Made by a program: the position numbers and the translations under genes
Notes under the pieces: generated by a model
Seen by the model: only the letters and a program-made list of their open reading frames with translations
What the model was told of the DNA's origin: nothing
The model's database searches: none
Part shown: positions 18,719 through 27,195 of the stretch, piece by piece
Layout: every line of letters starts with the position of its first letter
Position numbering within the stretch: the stretch's first letter is position 1
Source of the DNA: Actinomycetota bacterium
GTDB taxonomy: Bacteria; Actinomycetota; Actinomycetes; Nanopelagicales; Nanopelagicaceae
Direction of reading: 5' to 3'
NCBI GenBank assembly: GCA_005800815.1
Contig: SYEK01000013.1
Span: 19 to 64,018, forward strand
DNA: 64,000 nucleotides

Positions 18719-19309
18719 TTAACCAATTACCTTGAGTATCTTGCTCATCAATTCGATCTCTGCGCTTTGAGAGGCGAGTATCTCATTACCTAACCCCTTG
18801 ACATCGGCATTGGTTGTCTTCTCTATCATGGAGAGCATCTCAACTGCTCCATCGTGATGGGCAATCATCCCAGTTAGAAATAATCTATCAAACTCTTTGC
18901 CCGTTGCACTCGTGAGAGAGGCTAATTCATCCTCTGTGAGCATCCCCTTCATTGAGCTCATCGAATGGCCAGGATCCTCACCCAGACCCGCCGCAATGAG
19001 CCAGCTCCTCATCGCGGTGATCTCAGGACCCTGTGCATCTCTAATTTGCTTAGCAAGGGCGATGACCTCAGGGTTTGAAGAGTTCTTCATAGCGAGCTCA
19101 GAGATGAGTACGGCTTGCTGGTGATGGGGAATCATCATCTGCAAAAACATGGCATCACTGCTGCTCATCTGATCACTCGATACACCGTGCTTCATCGAGC
19201 CCATATCGTGGCCACTATCTGTGGATTTACCGCCCGACAAACTCACATATCCAATGCCAATGAGCAAGAGTCCGAGTATCGCGATGCCTAATTTTCGATC
19301 GAGCTTCAC
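18719..19309 (-). CDS. DUF305 family protein (four-helix, His-rich; membrane anchored or secreted)
   Basis: 196 aa. N-terminal TM segment and duplicated MIPHHQQAV / MIAHHDGAV motifs characteristic of DUF305. Confidence 0.75.
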   Translation of the reverse strand: MKLDRKLGIAILGLLLIGIGYVSLSGGKSTDSGHDMGSMKHGVSSDQMSSSDAMFLQMMIPHHQQAVLISELAMKNSSNPEVIALAKQIRDAQGPEITAMRSWLIAAGLGEDPGHSMSSMKGMLTEDELASLTSATGKEFDRLFLTGMIAHHDGAVEMLSMIEKTTNADVKGLGNEILASQSAEIELMSKILKVIG

Positions 19310-19366
19310 CTGGACTCTCTTTCTCGGAGCACACCTGCACCTATAACGATGGTACCCCCAGTATAT

Positions 19367-19819
19367 TTAAGAGTAGGCGGGGTCGCCCTCTGAAGAGATG
19401 ACAGATGCAGCATCTACTCCCCAGCTCGTGCCTATCAGCGAGAGGGTGTACTCCATGGTGTAAGCCTGGCCATTACTATCAATTAGGCTCACTGCAAAGA
19501 GATAGAAATCCCCCTGCTTTGAACACCCATCCACTGTGTATGAGTCAAGGTTGAGCAGGAACTCATAGTTTGTGGTGATGATTGCGATGAACTGCTCAAG
19601 ACTGTTACGGGCTTTAAATGAGCTCGATGCAAATGTATAGGCCGCCTCTGGATCTGAGCCACTAAAGGCATCTAATTGAGCCTTCACCCAGGCCTTGCCA
19701 TCACTTGTCTGGATGCTCGAACAGGCGAAGGGGTTTTGTGGGCTCTGCTGCTGTGCCTTTGGGCTAGCAGATGTCGAGCAGCCCGCTATGAGCATGGCAA
19801 AGAGAAGTGAGAGGGCCAA
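19367..19819 (-). CDS. Lipoprotein, DUF4864/NTF2-like (tentative)
   Basis: 150 aa with lipobox LIAGC. The family assignment is from memory of DUF4864-type sequences and is weak. Confidence 0.5.
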   Translation of the reverse strand: MALSLLFAMLIAGCSTSASPKAQQQSPQNPFACSSIQTSDGKAWVKAQLDAFSGSDPEAAYTFASSSFKARNSLEQFIAIITTNYEFLLNLDSYTVDGCSKQGDFYLFAVSLIDSNGQAYTMEYTLSLIGTSWGVDAASVISSEGDPAYS

Positions 19820-19839
19820 GTGCGAGGGCTTGAGGATAT

Positions 19840-20604
19840 TTATGGCATTACCAATCCACCATCAACAGGCACGGTGATGCCTGTGACATAACTTGATGCA
19901 TCACTTACTAACCAGATCAATGTTGCCGCCAACTCTTCGGGATCGCCCAGACGCCCAGCAGGTGCGAACATCTTGACCATCTCGACCATCTCTGGGGAGA
20001 GATCATCGGTCATCTCTGATGGGAAAAATCCTGGTGCAAGTGCGTTGACCCGGATGTTTTTGCGCCCTGTCCACTGTGTTGCAAGGTCGCGTGTCAATCC
20101 GATAAGCCCTGCCTTACTGGATGCATAGGCAGCTTGTGGCAGGCCCTGTGGTTTGATACCTAAGATGCTGGAGATGTTCACGATCACTCCACCGTTCTTG
20201 TTTGCCTTTGCAAATGCCTGAGACATCCAATAGGCACCGAAGAGATTGACATCGATGACAGATTTGAACTGTTGTGGTGTCTCACGAGTTGCAGGCACGG
20301 CAGTTCCAACACCTGCGTTATTGACCAAGATATCCACATGGCCAAATTTCTCAATAGCGAATGCGATGAGTGCATCACACTGATCCGGGTCGGTGACATC
20401 GCTCTGCTTTGCTGCAAATTTGCGGCCCGCCGCCTCCACTAAGGCACCAGTATCTGCTAGGCGCTCAAAGCGGCGAGCGCCAAGAACCACGTCTGCACCG
20501 GCCTCTGCAAGTGCTTTAGCAAATGCAACCCCAAGGCCAGATGATGCGCCAGTGACTACTGCGACCTTTCCATCCAAACGAAAGCGCTCAAGAACACTCA
20601 TCAT
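19840..20604 (-). CDS. SDR family oxidoreductase
   Basis: ORF to 20616 starts with TTG. ATGs at 20604 and 20601 follow GAGGAGAGAG. TGASSGLG and YASSK motifs. Confidence 0.85.
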   Translation of the reverse strand: MMSVLERFRLDGKVAVVTGASSGLGVAFAKALAEAGADVVLGARRFERLADTGALVEAAGRKFAAKQSDVTDPDQCDALIAFAIEKFGHVDILVNNAGVGTAVPATRETPQQFKSVIDVNLFGAYWMSQAFAKANKNGGVIVNISSILGIKPQGLPQAAYASSKAGLIGLTRDLATQWTGRKNIRVNALAPGFFPSEMTDDLSPEMVEMVKMFAPAGRLGDPEELAATLIWLVSDASSYVTGITVPVDGGLVMP

Positions 20605-20644
20605 CTCTCTCCTCAATCAGGGTAACTGTGCGTAAGGTAGTGGC

Positions 20645-21856
20645 ATGGATTTTAGCCCTAGCGATAAGACACGTGAATATGCCAGCAGATTACAGGCCTT
20701 CATGGATAACGAGATCCTTCCCGCTGAGAGTCTTTATCATAGGCAGCGCCACGAGTTAGCGCAGGCTGGGCAGCCTCATGGGCGCCCGGCGGTGATCGAG
20801 GAGTTGAAGCTCAAGGCTAAGGCGCTGGGTCTATGGAATCTTTTTCTGCCTCACTATGGACATGGATTGAGTGTGAGTGATTATGCAACACTTGCAGAGA
20901 TAACAGGGTGGTCACCTCAGATCGCACCCGAGGTCATCAACTGCGCAGCCCCTGATACAGGCAACATGGAGCTTTTGGATATGTTCGGGAGCGCCGCGCA
21001 AAAGAGTCAATGGCTAGAGCCACTGCTAGATGGTCGGATCCGATCTGGCTTTGCAATGACCGAGCCCGATGTTGCATCTAGTGATGCGCGAAATATCAAG
21101 ACATCGATGATCAAAGATGGTGATCACTTCATTATCAACGGTAGGAAGTGGTGGACAACGGGTGCATTAGATGCACGCTGTGAGATTTTGATCGTGATGG
21201 GAAAGACAGATCCCGATGCAGAGGAGCATTGCCAGCAATCCATGATCCTTGTCCCCATAAATACACCAGGTGTGAAGGTTATCCGTAACCTGACAGTCTT
21301 TGGTTATGTGGATCAACATGGCCATGCTGAGATCACATTCACCGATGTGCGAGTACCTGCTAGCAATCTTCTAGGCGCCCAAGGTGAGGGCTTTGCACTG
21401 GCACAGGCTCGACTTGGCCCAGGTCGAATCCATCACTGTATGCGCGCGATAGGAATGGCAGAGCGTGCGCTCTCACTCATGATCCAACGATCATTGGTAC
21501 GCAGCCCCTTTGGAAAAGAGTTAGCTCAGCAGGGAGTTGTTCAGCAGTGGATAGCCCAAGGGCGTATCGATATAGAGCAGGCCCGCCTGCTGGTCCTCAA
21601 GGCGGCCTGGATGATCGATACGGTGGGGGCAAAGGCTGCGCGCAAAGAGATCGCAGCGATCAAGGTCGCAGTACCTGCAATGGCAGAGCGCATCATTGAT
21701 AAGGCTATTCAGAGCTTTGGTGGCGCTGGAGTCAGTCAGGACACACCTTTGGCCGCGATGTATGCAGGGATACGGACCCTTCGCATTGTCGATGGACCCG
21801 ATGAGGTCCACCTTCGAGATATCGCGCGATTAGAGATCAAGCCCTATCTTTCATGA
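20645..21856 (+). CDS. Acyl-CoA dehydrogenase, ACAD10/11-LvaC-like
   Basis: 403 aa with the ACAD fold pattern ([20 protein letters not shown], catalytic-base region DGPDEVH). ATGA-coupled to the downstream phosphotransferase. Confidence 0.85.
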   Translation: MDFSPSDKTREYASRLQAFMDNEILPAESLYHRQRHELAQAGQPHGRPAVIEELKLKAKALGLWNLFLPHYGHGLSVSDYATLAEITGWSPQIAPEVINCAAPDTGNMELLDMFGSAAQKSQWLEPLLDGRIRSGFAMTEPDVASSDARNIKTSMIKDGDHFIINGRKWWTTGALDARCEILIVMGKTDPDAEEHCQQSMILVPINTPGVKVIRNLTVFGYVDQHGHAEITFTDVRVPASNLLGAQGEGFALAQARLGPGRIHHCMRAIGMAERALSLMIQRSLVRSPFGKELAQQGVVQQWIAQGRIDIEQARLLVLKAAWMIDTVGAKAARKEIAAIKVAVPAMAERIIDKAIQSFGGAGVSQDTPLAAMYAGIRTLRIVDGPDEVHLRDIARLEIKPYLS

Positions 21857-22878
21857 TCGAGCTCAGTGCGGTCCGGCAAGAGGATCGCTTCGATGTTGCA
21901 CGGATGCATCAGTGGTTATCACCCTTGATCGATCAGAGCAGTGCCCCAGAGGTCGAACAGTTTCGAAGCGGTGCCTCCAATCTGACATATCTTCTGCGTT
22001 ATCCAAATCTTGAGTTAGTCCTTCGCAGACCTCCTGTGGGCACAAAGGCGATATCGGCCCATGACATGCGCCGTGAATTTTTGATTCAATCTCGATTAAA
22101 ACCTGCCTATGGATGGGTCCCACAGATGATCGCCCTCTGCGATGACCACTCGGTTCTAGGCTCTGATTTCTATGTGATGGAGCGGGTCGTGGGTCAGATT
22201 TTTCGACGAGATGTGCCGCAGGGTTTGGGTGCAGATGATGTCTCTGTGATGGCACAGAGACTGATCTCGGGTTTAGTGCAGTTGCATGCAGTTGATTCAT
22301 CGCTTCTTAGTGAGCTTAACAAGGGAAGTGGTTATGTCGCCCGACAAGTTGCGGGATGGTCAGAGCGCTATCGCAACGCATTGACCGATGATGTGCCCAA
22401 AGCGCACGAGCTCATCAGATGGCTCGATACGAACAAGCCATCTGATGTTGGCTCGTGCATCATCCATGGGGATTGGCGCATCGACAATATGGTCTTTGAT
22501 CTCCAGAACAAACGTCTGGCCGGTGTGCTGGACTGGGAGCTTGCAACGGTGGGAGATCCTTTGATGGATCTGGGATCTGCCCTTGCCTACTGGGTGGATT
22601 CAGATGATGATCCCGCCTTTGCATCACTGCGCAGACAGCCAAGTAATGTGCAAGGTATGCCCTCACGAAAAGAGTTTGTCTCCTCATATCTTAAGTTGAG
22701 TAATCGCCAGTGTGATGATTTCACCTTCTATGAGGTCTTTGGTCTCTTTCGTTTAGCAGTGATCATCCAACAGATCTGGGCGCGCTATCGGGCAGGTGCC
22801 ACGACCAATCCGGCCTTTGCAGGATTTGGTGGCGCCGTTAATACATTGATCGATCGTGCGCAGGCATTGGCCTTATGA
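21853..22878 (+). CDS. Phosphotransferase (APH/choline-kinase-like) family protein
   Basis: 341 aa. IHGDWRIDN (HxDxxxxN catalytic loop) and VLDWE (DxE). Start overlaps the ACAD stop (ATGA). Confidence 0.85.
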   Translation: MIELSAVRQEDRFDVARMHQWLSPLIDQSSAPEVEQFRSGASNLTYLLRYPNLELVLRRPPVGTKAISAHDMRREFLIQSRLKPAYGWVPQMIALCDDHSVLGSDFYVMERVVGQIFRRDVPQGLGADDVSVMAQRLISGLVQLHAVDSSLLSELNKGSGYVARQVAGWSERYRNALTDDVPKAHELIRWLDTNKPSDVGSCIIHGDWRIDNMVFDLQNKRLAGVLDWELATVGDPLMDLGSALAYWVDSDDDPAFASLRRQPSNVQGMPSRKEFVSSYLKLSNRQCDDFTFYEVFGLFRLAVIIQQIWARYRAGATTNPAFAGFGGAVNTLIDRAQALAL

Positions 22879-23858
22879 GAGCCGGTCGCATCAGAGTATC
22901 GACCCGAGAATTTGAGGTCATCGAAATTCCGACACCGAGTGCGGGAGCTGGACAGGTGCGCATCAAAGTCGCTGCAGCCGGTGTGTGTCTCTCTGATGTG
23001 CATCTCCTGGATGGAACTCTCACACCTGGCTATCTCATCGGTGATCAGGTCACGCTCGGTCATGAGGTTGCAGGAACAATCGATCAAATAGGTGCAGGCG
23101 TTGATACATGTGCGCTCGGTGATCGGGTGGTTCTCATCGCCGGAGAGCGCAACGATAAGAATCAGGTAACGACATTGGGCTTTGATTATGACGGTGGTTA
23201 CGCCGAGTACGTGCTCACCAAGGCCTCGCTCGTCGTGAAGATCCCTGATGGCCTCACCTTCGAGCAGGCTGCAATCATTCCCGATGCAGTATCGACTCCA
23301 TGGGCTGCGATCTCATCGACTGCAAAGATCCAAGCAGGAGAGAGTGTTGCCGTCTTTGGTATCGGCGGATTAGGCATTCACGCCGTGCAGTTGTTGAAGA
23401 TGATTGGCTGCACCAAGATCCTTGCCATCGATCCGCGCGCAGATGCACGGGCAAATGCATTGAAAGTAGGTGCAGATTTCGCATTCGCACCCGATGATGC
23501 ACAGCTTAAAGACCATCGAGGATTAAATGCCGCCTTCGACTTTGCTGGGGTCTCATCCGTGCGAAAGCAGGGGCTCTCCTTGCTCGGTGAGCAGGGACGA
23601 TTAGTGATCGTTGGGATCGCCAATGAGCCCATCGTGATCCCCAGTGATATGGCCTTTACATATATGCGCACCCAGATACTCGGACATTACGGCTCAGAGC
23701 CTGAACATATCCATCAACTACTCGAGTTCACTCGGGTGCAAAGATTGGATCTCTCGCACTCGATTTCAGAGATAGTGCCCCTAGATCAAGCAGGTGATGC
23801 TCTAGAAAGACTCTCGAAGAAGATAGGCAATCCCATCCGTATCGTTTTGAAACCTTAG
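22875..23858 (+). CDS. Zinc-type medium-chain alcohol dehydrogenase/reductase
   Basis: 327 aa. GVCLSDVH, GHEVAG, GIGGLG motifs. ATGA overlap with the upstream gene. Confidence 0.85.
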   Translation: MRAGRIRVSTREFEVIEIPTPSAGAGQVRIKVAAAGVCLSDVHLLDGTLTPGYLIGDQVTLGHEVAGTIDQIGAGVDTCALGDRVVLIAGERNDKNQVTTLGFDYDGGYAEYVLTKASLVVKIPDGLTFEQAAIIPDAVSTPWAAISSTAKIQAGESVAVFGIGGLGIHAVQLLKMIGCTKILAIDPRADARANALKVGADFAFAPDDAQLKDHRGLNAAFDFAGVSSVRKQGLSLLGEQGRLVIVGIANEPIVIPSDMAFTYMRTQILGHYGSEPEHIHQLLEFTRVQRLDLSHSISEIVPLDQAGDALERLSKKIGNPIRIVLKP

Positions 23859-23865
23859 GAAGCCA

Positions 23866-24264
23866 CTACTTCGTTCGTACGACGATGTTGACAATGGCCT
23901 CAGGGGTTGCGCCATCACCAAGCTCTGCCTTCACGTTCGTAGGAATCCCATTTATCTGGGCGGCGGCCAAAATCGAGAGTTGTGCTGCGATCTCACTCAT
24001 CCAGTAAAACGATGCCGGACCGGCACGATCTAAGATCCGCTGTGCTTGGGCGATACGAGCATCAGAGAATTTCTCTAGGTCATTTTTATCATCGTTGATG
24101 ACATCGAGAAGAAAGGATTTGATCTCGGTGCCGATAGCAGATGATTCGTTGGACTCTTGGATGAGGGCTTTGAGTTCGGCATCTAGGCCCCGAGGTTTGC
24201 CTTTTTTCTTTTTGCGGTTGAGAAAGAGATAGATCACAAAGGTCAGCAGAATGAGTTCAAACAT
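23866..24264 (-). CDS. Hypothetical membrane-anchored protein
   Basis: 132 aa. One N-terminal TM helix followed by a KKKKGK stop-transfer. No recognisable family. Confidence 0.5.
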   Translation of the reverse strand: MFELILLTFVIYLFLNRKKKKGKPRGLDAELKALIQESNESSAIGTEIKSFLLDVINDDKNDLEKFSDARIAQAQRILDRAGPASFYWMSEIAAQLSILAAAQINGIPTNVKAELGDGATPEAIVNIVVRTK

Positions 24265-24297
24265 GTGAATAGGCTACACATGCTCACCGAGAAATCT

Positions 24298-24543
24298 CTA
24301 GCCTTTGAGAGCGGCTAACTTCTCTACAACCTGCTTGGCAGAGGGATTAGTCATCGCAGCGCCATCGGTGAAGACCAGTGTTGGGACCGTGCGATTGCCA
24401 CCATTTACTCTCTCGACGATTTCGGCTGTACCAGGTACCTCTTCGATGTTGATCTCTTCAAAGCTGACGCCCAGCTCGGCTAACGCGGATTTAAGGCGCT
24501 TGCAGTAACCGCACCAGGTCGTTGAATACATGATGAAAGACAT
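24298..24543 (-). CDS. Mycoredoxin / NrdH-like glutaredoxin
   Basis: 81 aa. The CGYC active site in the YSTTWCGYCKRLK context and the TVPT cis-Pro loop are typical of actinobacterial mycoredoxin. Confidence 0.8.
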   Translation of the reverse strand: MSFIMYSTTWCGYCKRLKSALAELGVSFEEINIEEVPGTAEIVERVNGGNRTVPTLVFTDGAAMTNPSAKQVVEKLAALKG

Positions 24544-24546
24544 GAG

Positions 24547-24924
24547 TTACCGCTCTCTCTTTAAAAACGAGTTATTGCTCAACTTTAACACTCTGGTCAT
24601 CATTGTGACCGGGATTGAGTTTCTGTTGGATGCGACTGCGCGATAAGCGCCACGGCCAAGCTCTCCCGAGACTCTGATAAGACGGGCGAGCAGGGTATTG
24701 CCGCGATGGTGAAGCAGAAGTGCGATCGCATCTGCTCCCCCATACTGCCCGCCCTCTGTGATAGCCCATACCTGTTTGGCACATTGCTCGAGAGTGAGAT
24801 TAAATGGGGCTAGGTCACTGCTTTGAAAAGGTAGGGCTCGCACTTTGAGTTTGTGTTGGAGCCAGGTCAGCGACTGCTTGCAGAACTCACACTCACCGTC
24901 ATAGATGACCGTAATTTTACTCAT
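24547..24924 (-). CDS. Thiol-disulfide oxidoreductase DCC family (DUF393)
   Basis: 125 aa. The N-terminal YDGECEFC motif defines the DCC family. Confidence 0.8.
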   Translation of the reverse strand: MSKITVIYDGECEFCKQSLTWLQHKLKVRALPFQSSDLAPFNLTLEQCAKQVWAITEGGQYGGADAIALLLHHRGNTLLARLIRVSGELGRGAYRAVASNRNSIPVTMMTRVLKLSNNSFLKRER

Positions 24925-25646
24925 GATAATGACAAGTCAATCTCTTGAGCATCGTGCAAGACCTGCTTGGGCAGTCCCTTCAGTACGTGCACTGTGGCCT
25001 CTCCGGCTACGACCCAGCGCTGGGTACCTGACCGGTTGACGATCGCCGTCATCTCATCGATACCGATCAAAATTGCATCGTTAGGTGCGTGCATGAGAAC
25101 TTTGGCTGCGCTATCTGGGATCCATTTGAAGAACTTATTAAAGTGTGGGATCACCCGGATATCGGGGAGTAGATTCAAACCCAGTGTGGGTGGACTCTTA
25201 GTGAAGCGAAAATTTGGGATATGGGAGCTGAGCACCATCGCACCTGCGCTACAGCCAGCAAGTGAGGCACCACTAGTCCAATTATTGACGATGGCAGACC
25301 ACACGGGTGTACCGATCAACGTTCTGGCAAGATAGTGTGGATCTCCACCAGAGATGTACATCAGAGCACTGTCATGGATGGCATCGACATGTTCTTGCTT
25401 GAATGCATCATCGCGGCTGTAAATAGGCAGATGTACTGATTGCACGCCGATGCGTTGGGCCTGGGCTTGACCGAGCTCTCTCCAGAAATCTAATCTGCCA
25501 TCACTCTCGCGCCCGGCTGCAGTCGGGATCTGTATGTATCTGGGTTGTTTGCCGTGTGAAAGGCCATCATCGATTAATGATCGCTCAAGGCTGGCCATTG
25601 CAGGCAGGTATTCACCTGAACCAACAAGTGCCAGAGAGCCATTCAC
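24921..25646 (-). CDS. Peptidase S51 / class-I glutamine-amidotransferase-like (cyanophycinase / dipeptidase E family)
   Basis: 241 aa. ISGGDP and GCSAGAM nucleophile-elbow motifs. Stop overlaps the start of the DCC gene. Confidence 0.7.
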   Translation of the reverse strand: MNGSLALVGSGEYLPAMASLERSLIDDGLSHGKQPRYIQIPTAAGRESDGRLDFWRELGQAQAQRIGVQSVHLPIYSRDDAFKQEHVDAIHDSALMYISGGDPHYLARTLIGTPVWSAIVNNWTSGASLAGCSAGAMVLSSHIPNFRFTKSPPTLGLNLLPDIRVIPHFNKFFKWIPDSAAKVLMHAPNDAILIGIDEMTAIVNRSGTQRWVVAGEATVHVLKGLPKQVLHDAQEIDLSLS

Positions 25647-25710
25647 TTGATTAGTCTAGTTTCAAACCCACATACCTCTTAACTCTGGGTCATACAGGTA
25701 CGATGCGCAA

Positions 25711-26475
25711 ATGAGTAAATCTATTACTGCCCAAAGCCTTCGAAAGATCAATATCTTTGCCGGAGTTCTGCACCTTTCTCAGATGGCGGCCGTGCTGGCC
25801 CTGAGCAATGACTTTGCTCTACCCGTCACGGCTACGTATATGGCAGGTCCACCTGGGACGACATTTGCAGCCCCAATAGTTCTCTTTAATACCCCCATAG
25901 GTTTGACCGTTGCGATTTTTCTGGGGCTCTCTGCCCTTGCACACTTCATCGTGGCCAGTCCTACCTTCTTTCCTCGCTACAGCGCAGGTATTGCTGCACA
26001 GAGAAACTACTTCCGCTGGGTCGAGTACTCGATCAGCTCTTCAGTGATGATCGTCTTGATCGCACAAGTCACAGGTGTTGCCGAGATCTCAGCGATCATC
26101 TCCATCTTCGGTGTGAACGCATCGATGATCCTCTTTGGTTGGTTACAGGAGAAGTACGAGACCCCCGGTAATGGCGGCTGGCTACCCTTCATCTTCGGCT
26201 GTATCACCGGCTTTGTGCCATGGATCGTTCTGGCGTTCTACGTCCTATCTATCGGAGGAGTCGGTGATACATCGGCGCCAGCATTTGTCTATGGCATCGT
26301 CTTTACCATCTTTCTCTTCTTTAACTCATTCGCACTCGTGCAGTGGTTGCAGTACAAAAAAGTCGGTAAGTGGAGTGAGTACATCCGTGGTGAGCGCACC
26401 TACATCACGCTCTCACTCATCGCTAAATCAGCTCTGGCGTGGCAGATCTTTGCCAATACACTCATTCCCACCTAG
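25711..26475 (+). CDS. Heliorhodopsin
   Basis: 254 aa, 7 TM. From memory it is near-collinear with the prototype heliorhodopsin 48C12. Matching segments are AGVLHLSQMAAVLALSNDFALP, NYFRWVEYSISSSVMIVLIAQ (counterion Glu), FGVNASMILFGWLQEKY, LFFNSFALVQWLQYK and SLIAKSALAWQIF. The retinal Schiff-base Lys codon AAA is at 26425-26427. Confidence 0.9.
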   Translation: MSKSITAQSLRKINIFAGVLHLSQMAAVLALSNDFALPVTATYMAGPPGTTFAAPIVLFNTPIGLTVAIFLGLSALAHFIVASPTFFPRYSAGIAAQRNYFRWVEYSISSSVMIVLIAQVTGVAEISAIISIFGVNASMILFGWLQEKYETPGNGGWLPFIFGCITGFVPWIVLAFYVLSIGGVGDTSAPAFVYGIVFTIFLFFNSFALVQWLQYKKVGKWSEYIRGERTYITLSLIAKSALAWQIFANTLIPT

Positions 26476-26529
26476 ATTCAGGTTCATCCCCCGGTTATGG
26501 GTCGCAGAGATTAGGAGCAGACTAGGACA

Positions 26530-27192
26530 ATGGGCTTTTGGGCTGATAGAAAAGCTAAGCGTGCATTAGCGCGGGCAAGGCATGACTATGACTTTGCGCA
26601 TGCAAAGTGGAGCCGTGATATGGAGATCTTCAATAAGATTAAAACTGCATTCGAACTCGCAATCAAAGGTGAGGATGCAGCCTCTAATCTAGCGGTGCAA
26701 AAATCCGGTGAGATAGTCATCTGGAGCGGTCAGGGCCAGTACCACGAGGCCGGGCGTGCGCCGGGACAGTATGTGGGTGGCACTCAAGGATTGAGTATTC
26801 CAATCGTTGCCGGCATCAGATATCGCGTCGGTGCGATGAAGGGAAGCTTTGTCCCAGGAGATGCGATACAAGTGTATAAAGAGGTGGGAAACGTTGTGCT
26901 GAGCACTGATCGCATCATGTTCAACGGGATGTATAACACCAAAGAATGGGCCTTTGCCAAGTGGAACGGGGCGGCTACATCAGATGATGAGAGTGATTAC
27001 ATTTTTCACGTCAGTAATCGCCAGAAGACTTCGGGTATTTTATTTCACGCCAGCGTCGGTAGAGAGTTCAACAGGTTCCTAGCCCAAGCCATCAACGCTG
27101 CAGAAAATGGTATTGAGAGCGTTCTGCCAGTTGTGAAAGAGCATATGGCCGCCTTGAAAAAAGATGAGCCAAAGATGCCGGTGCTCACCTGA
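26530..27192 (+). CDS. Hypothetical soluble protein, co-directional with and 54 nt downstream of heliorhodopsin
   Basis: 220 aa. AGGAG-like RBS upstream and no TM segment. The central beta-rich region (GEIVIWSGQGQYHEAGR...GIRYRVGAMKGSFVPGD...VVLSTDRIMFNG) may be bacterial-PH-like. No confident family. Confidence 0.55.
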   Translation: MGFWADRKAKRALARARHDYDFAHAKWSRDMEIFNKIKTAFELAIKGEDAASNLAVQKSGEIVIWSGQGQYHEAGRAPGQYVGGTQGLSIPIVAGIRYRVGAMKGSFVPGDAIQVYKEVGNVVLSTDRIMFNGMYNTKEWAFAKWNGAATSDDESDYIFHVSNRQKTSGILFHASVGREFNRFLAQAINAAENGIESVLPVVKEHMAALKKDEPKMPVLT

Positions 27193-27195
27193 TCC

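Noticed and set aside
25711-26475. Type-1 proton-pumping rhodopsin (actinorhodopsin/xanthorhodopsin)
   Set aside because: The sequence lacks the helix-C DTE/DTD-type motif context of the pumps. It matches heliorhodopsin-specific blocks instead (RWVEYS, FGWLQEKY, LVQWLQYK, IAKSALAWQ).
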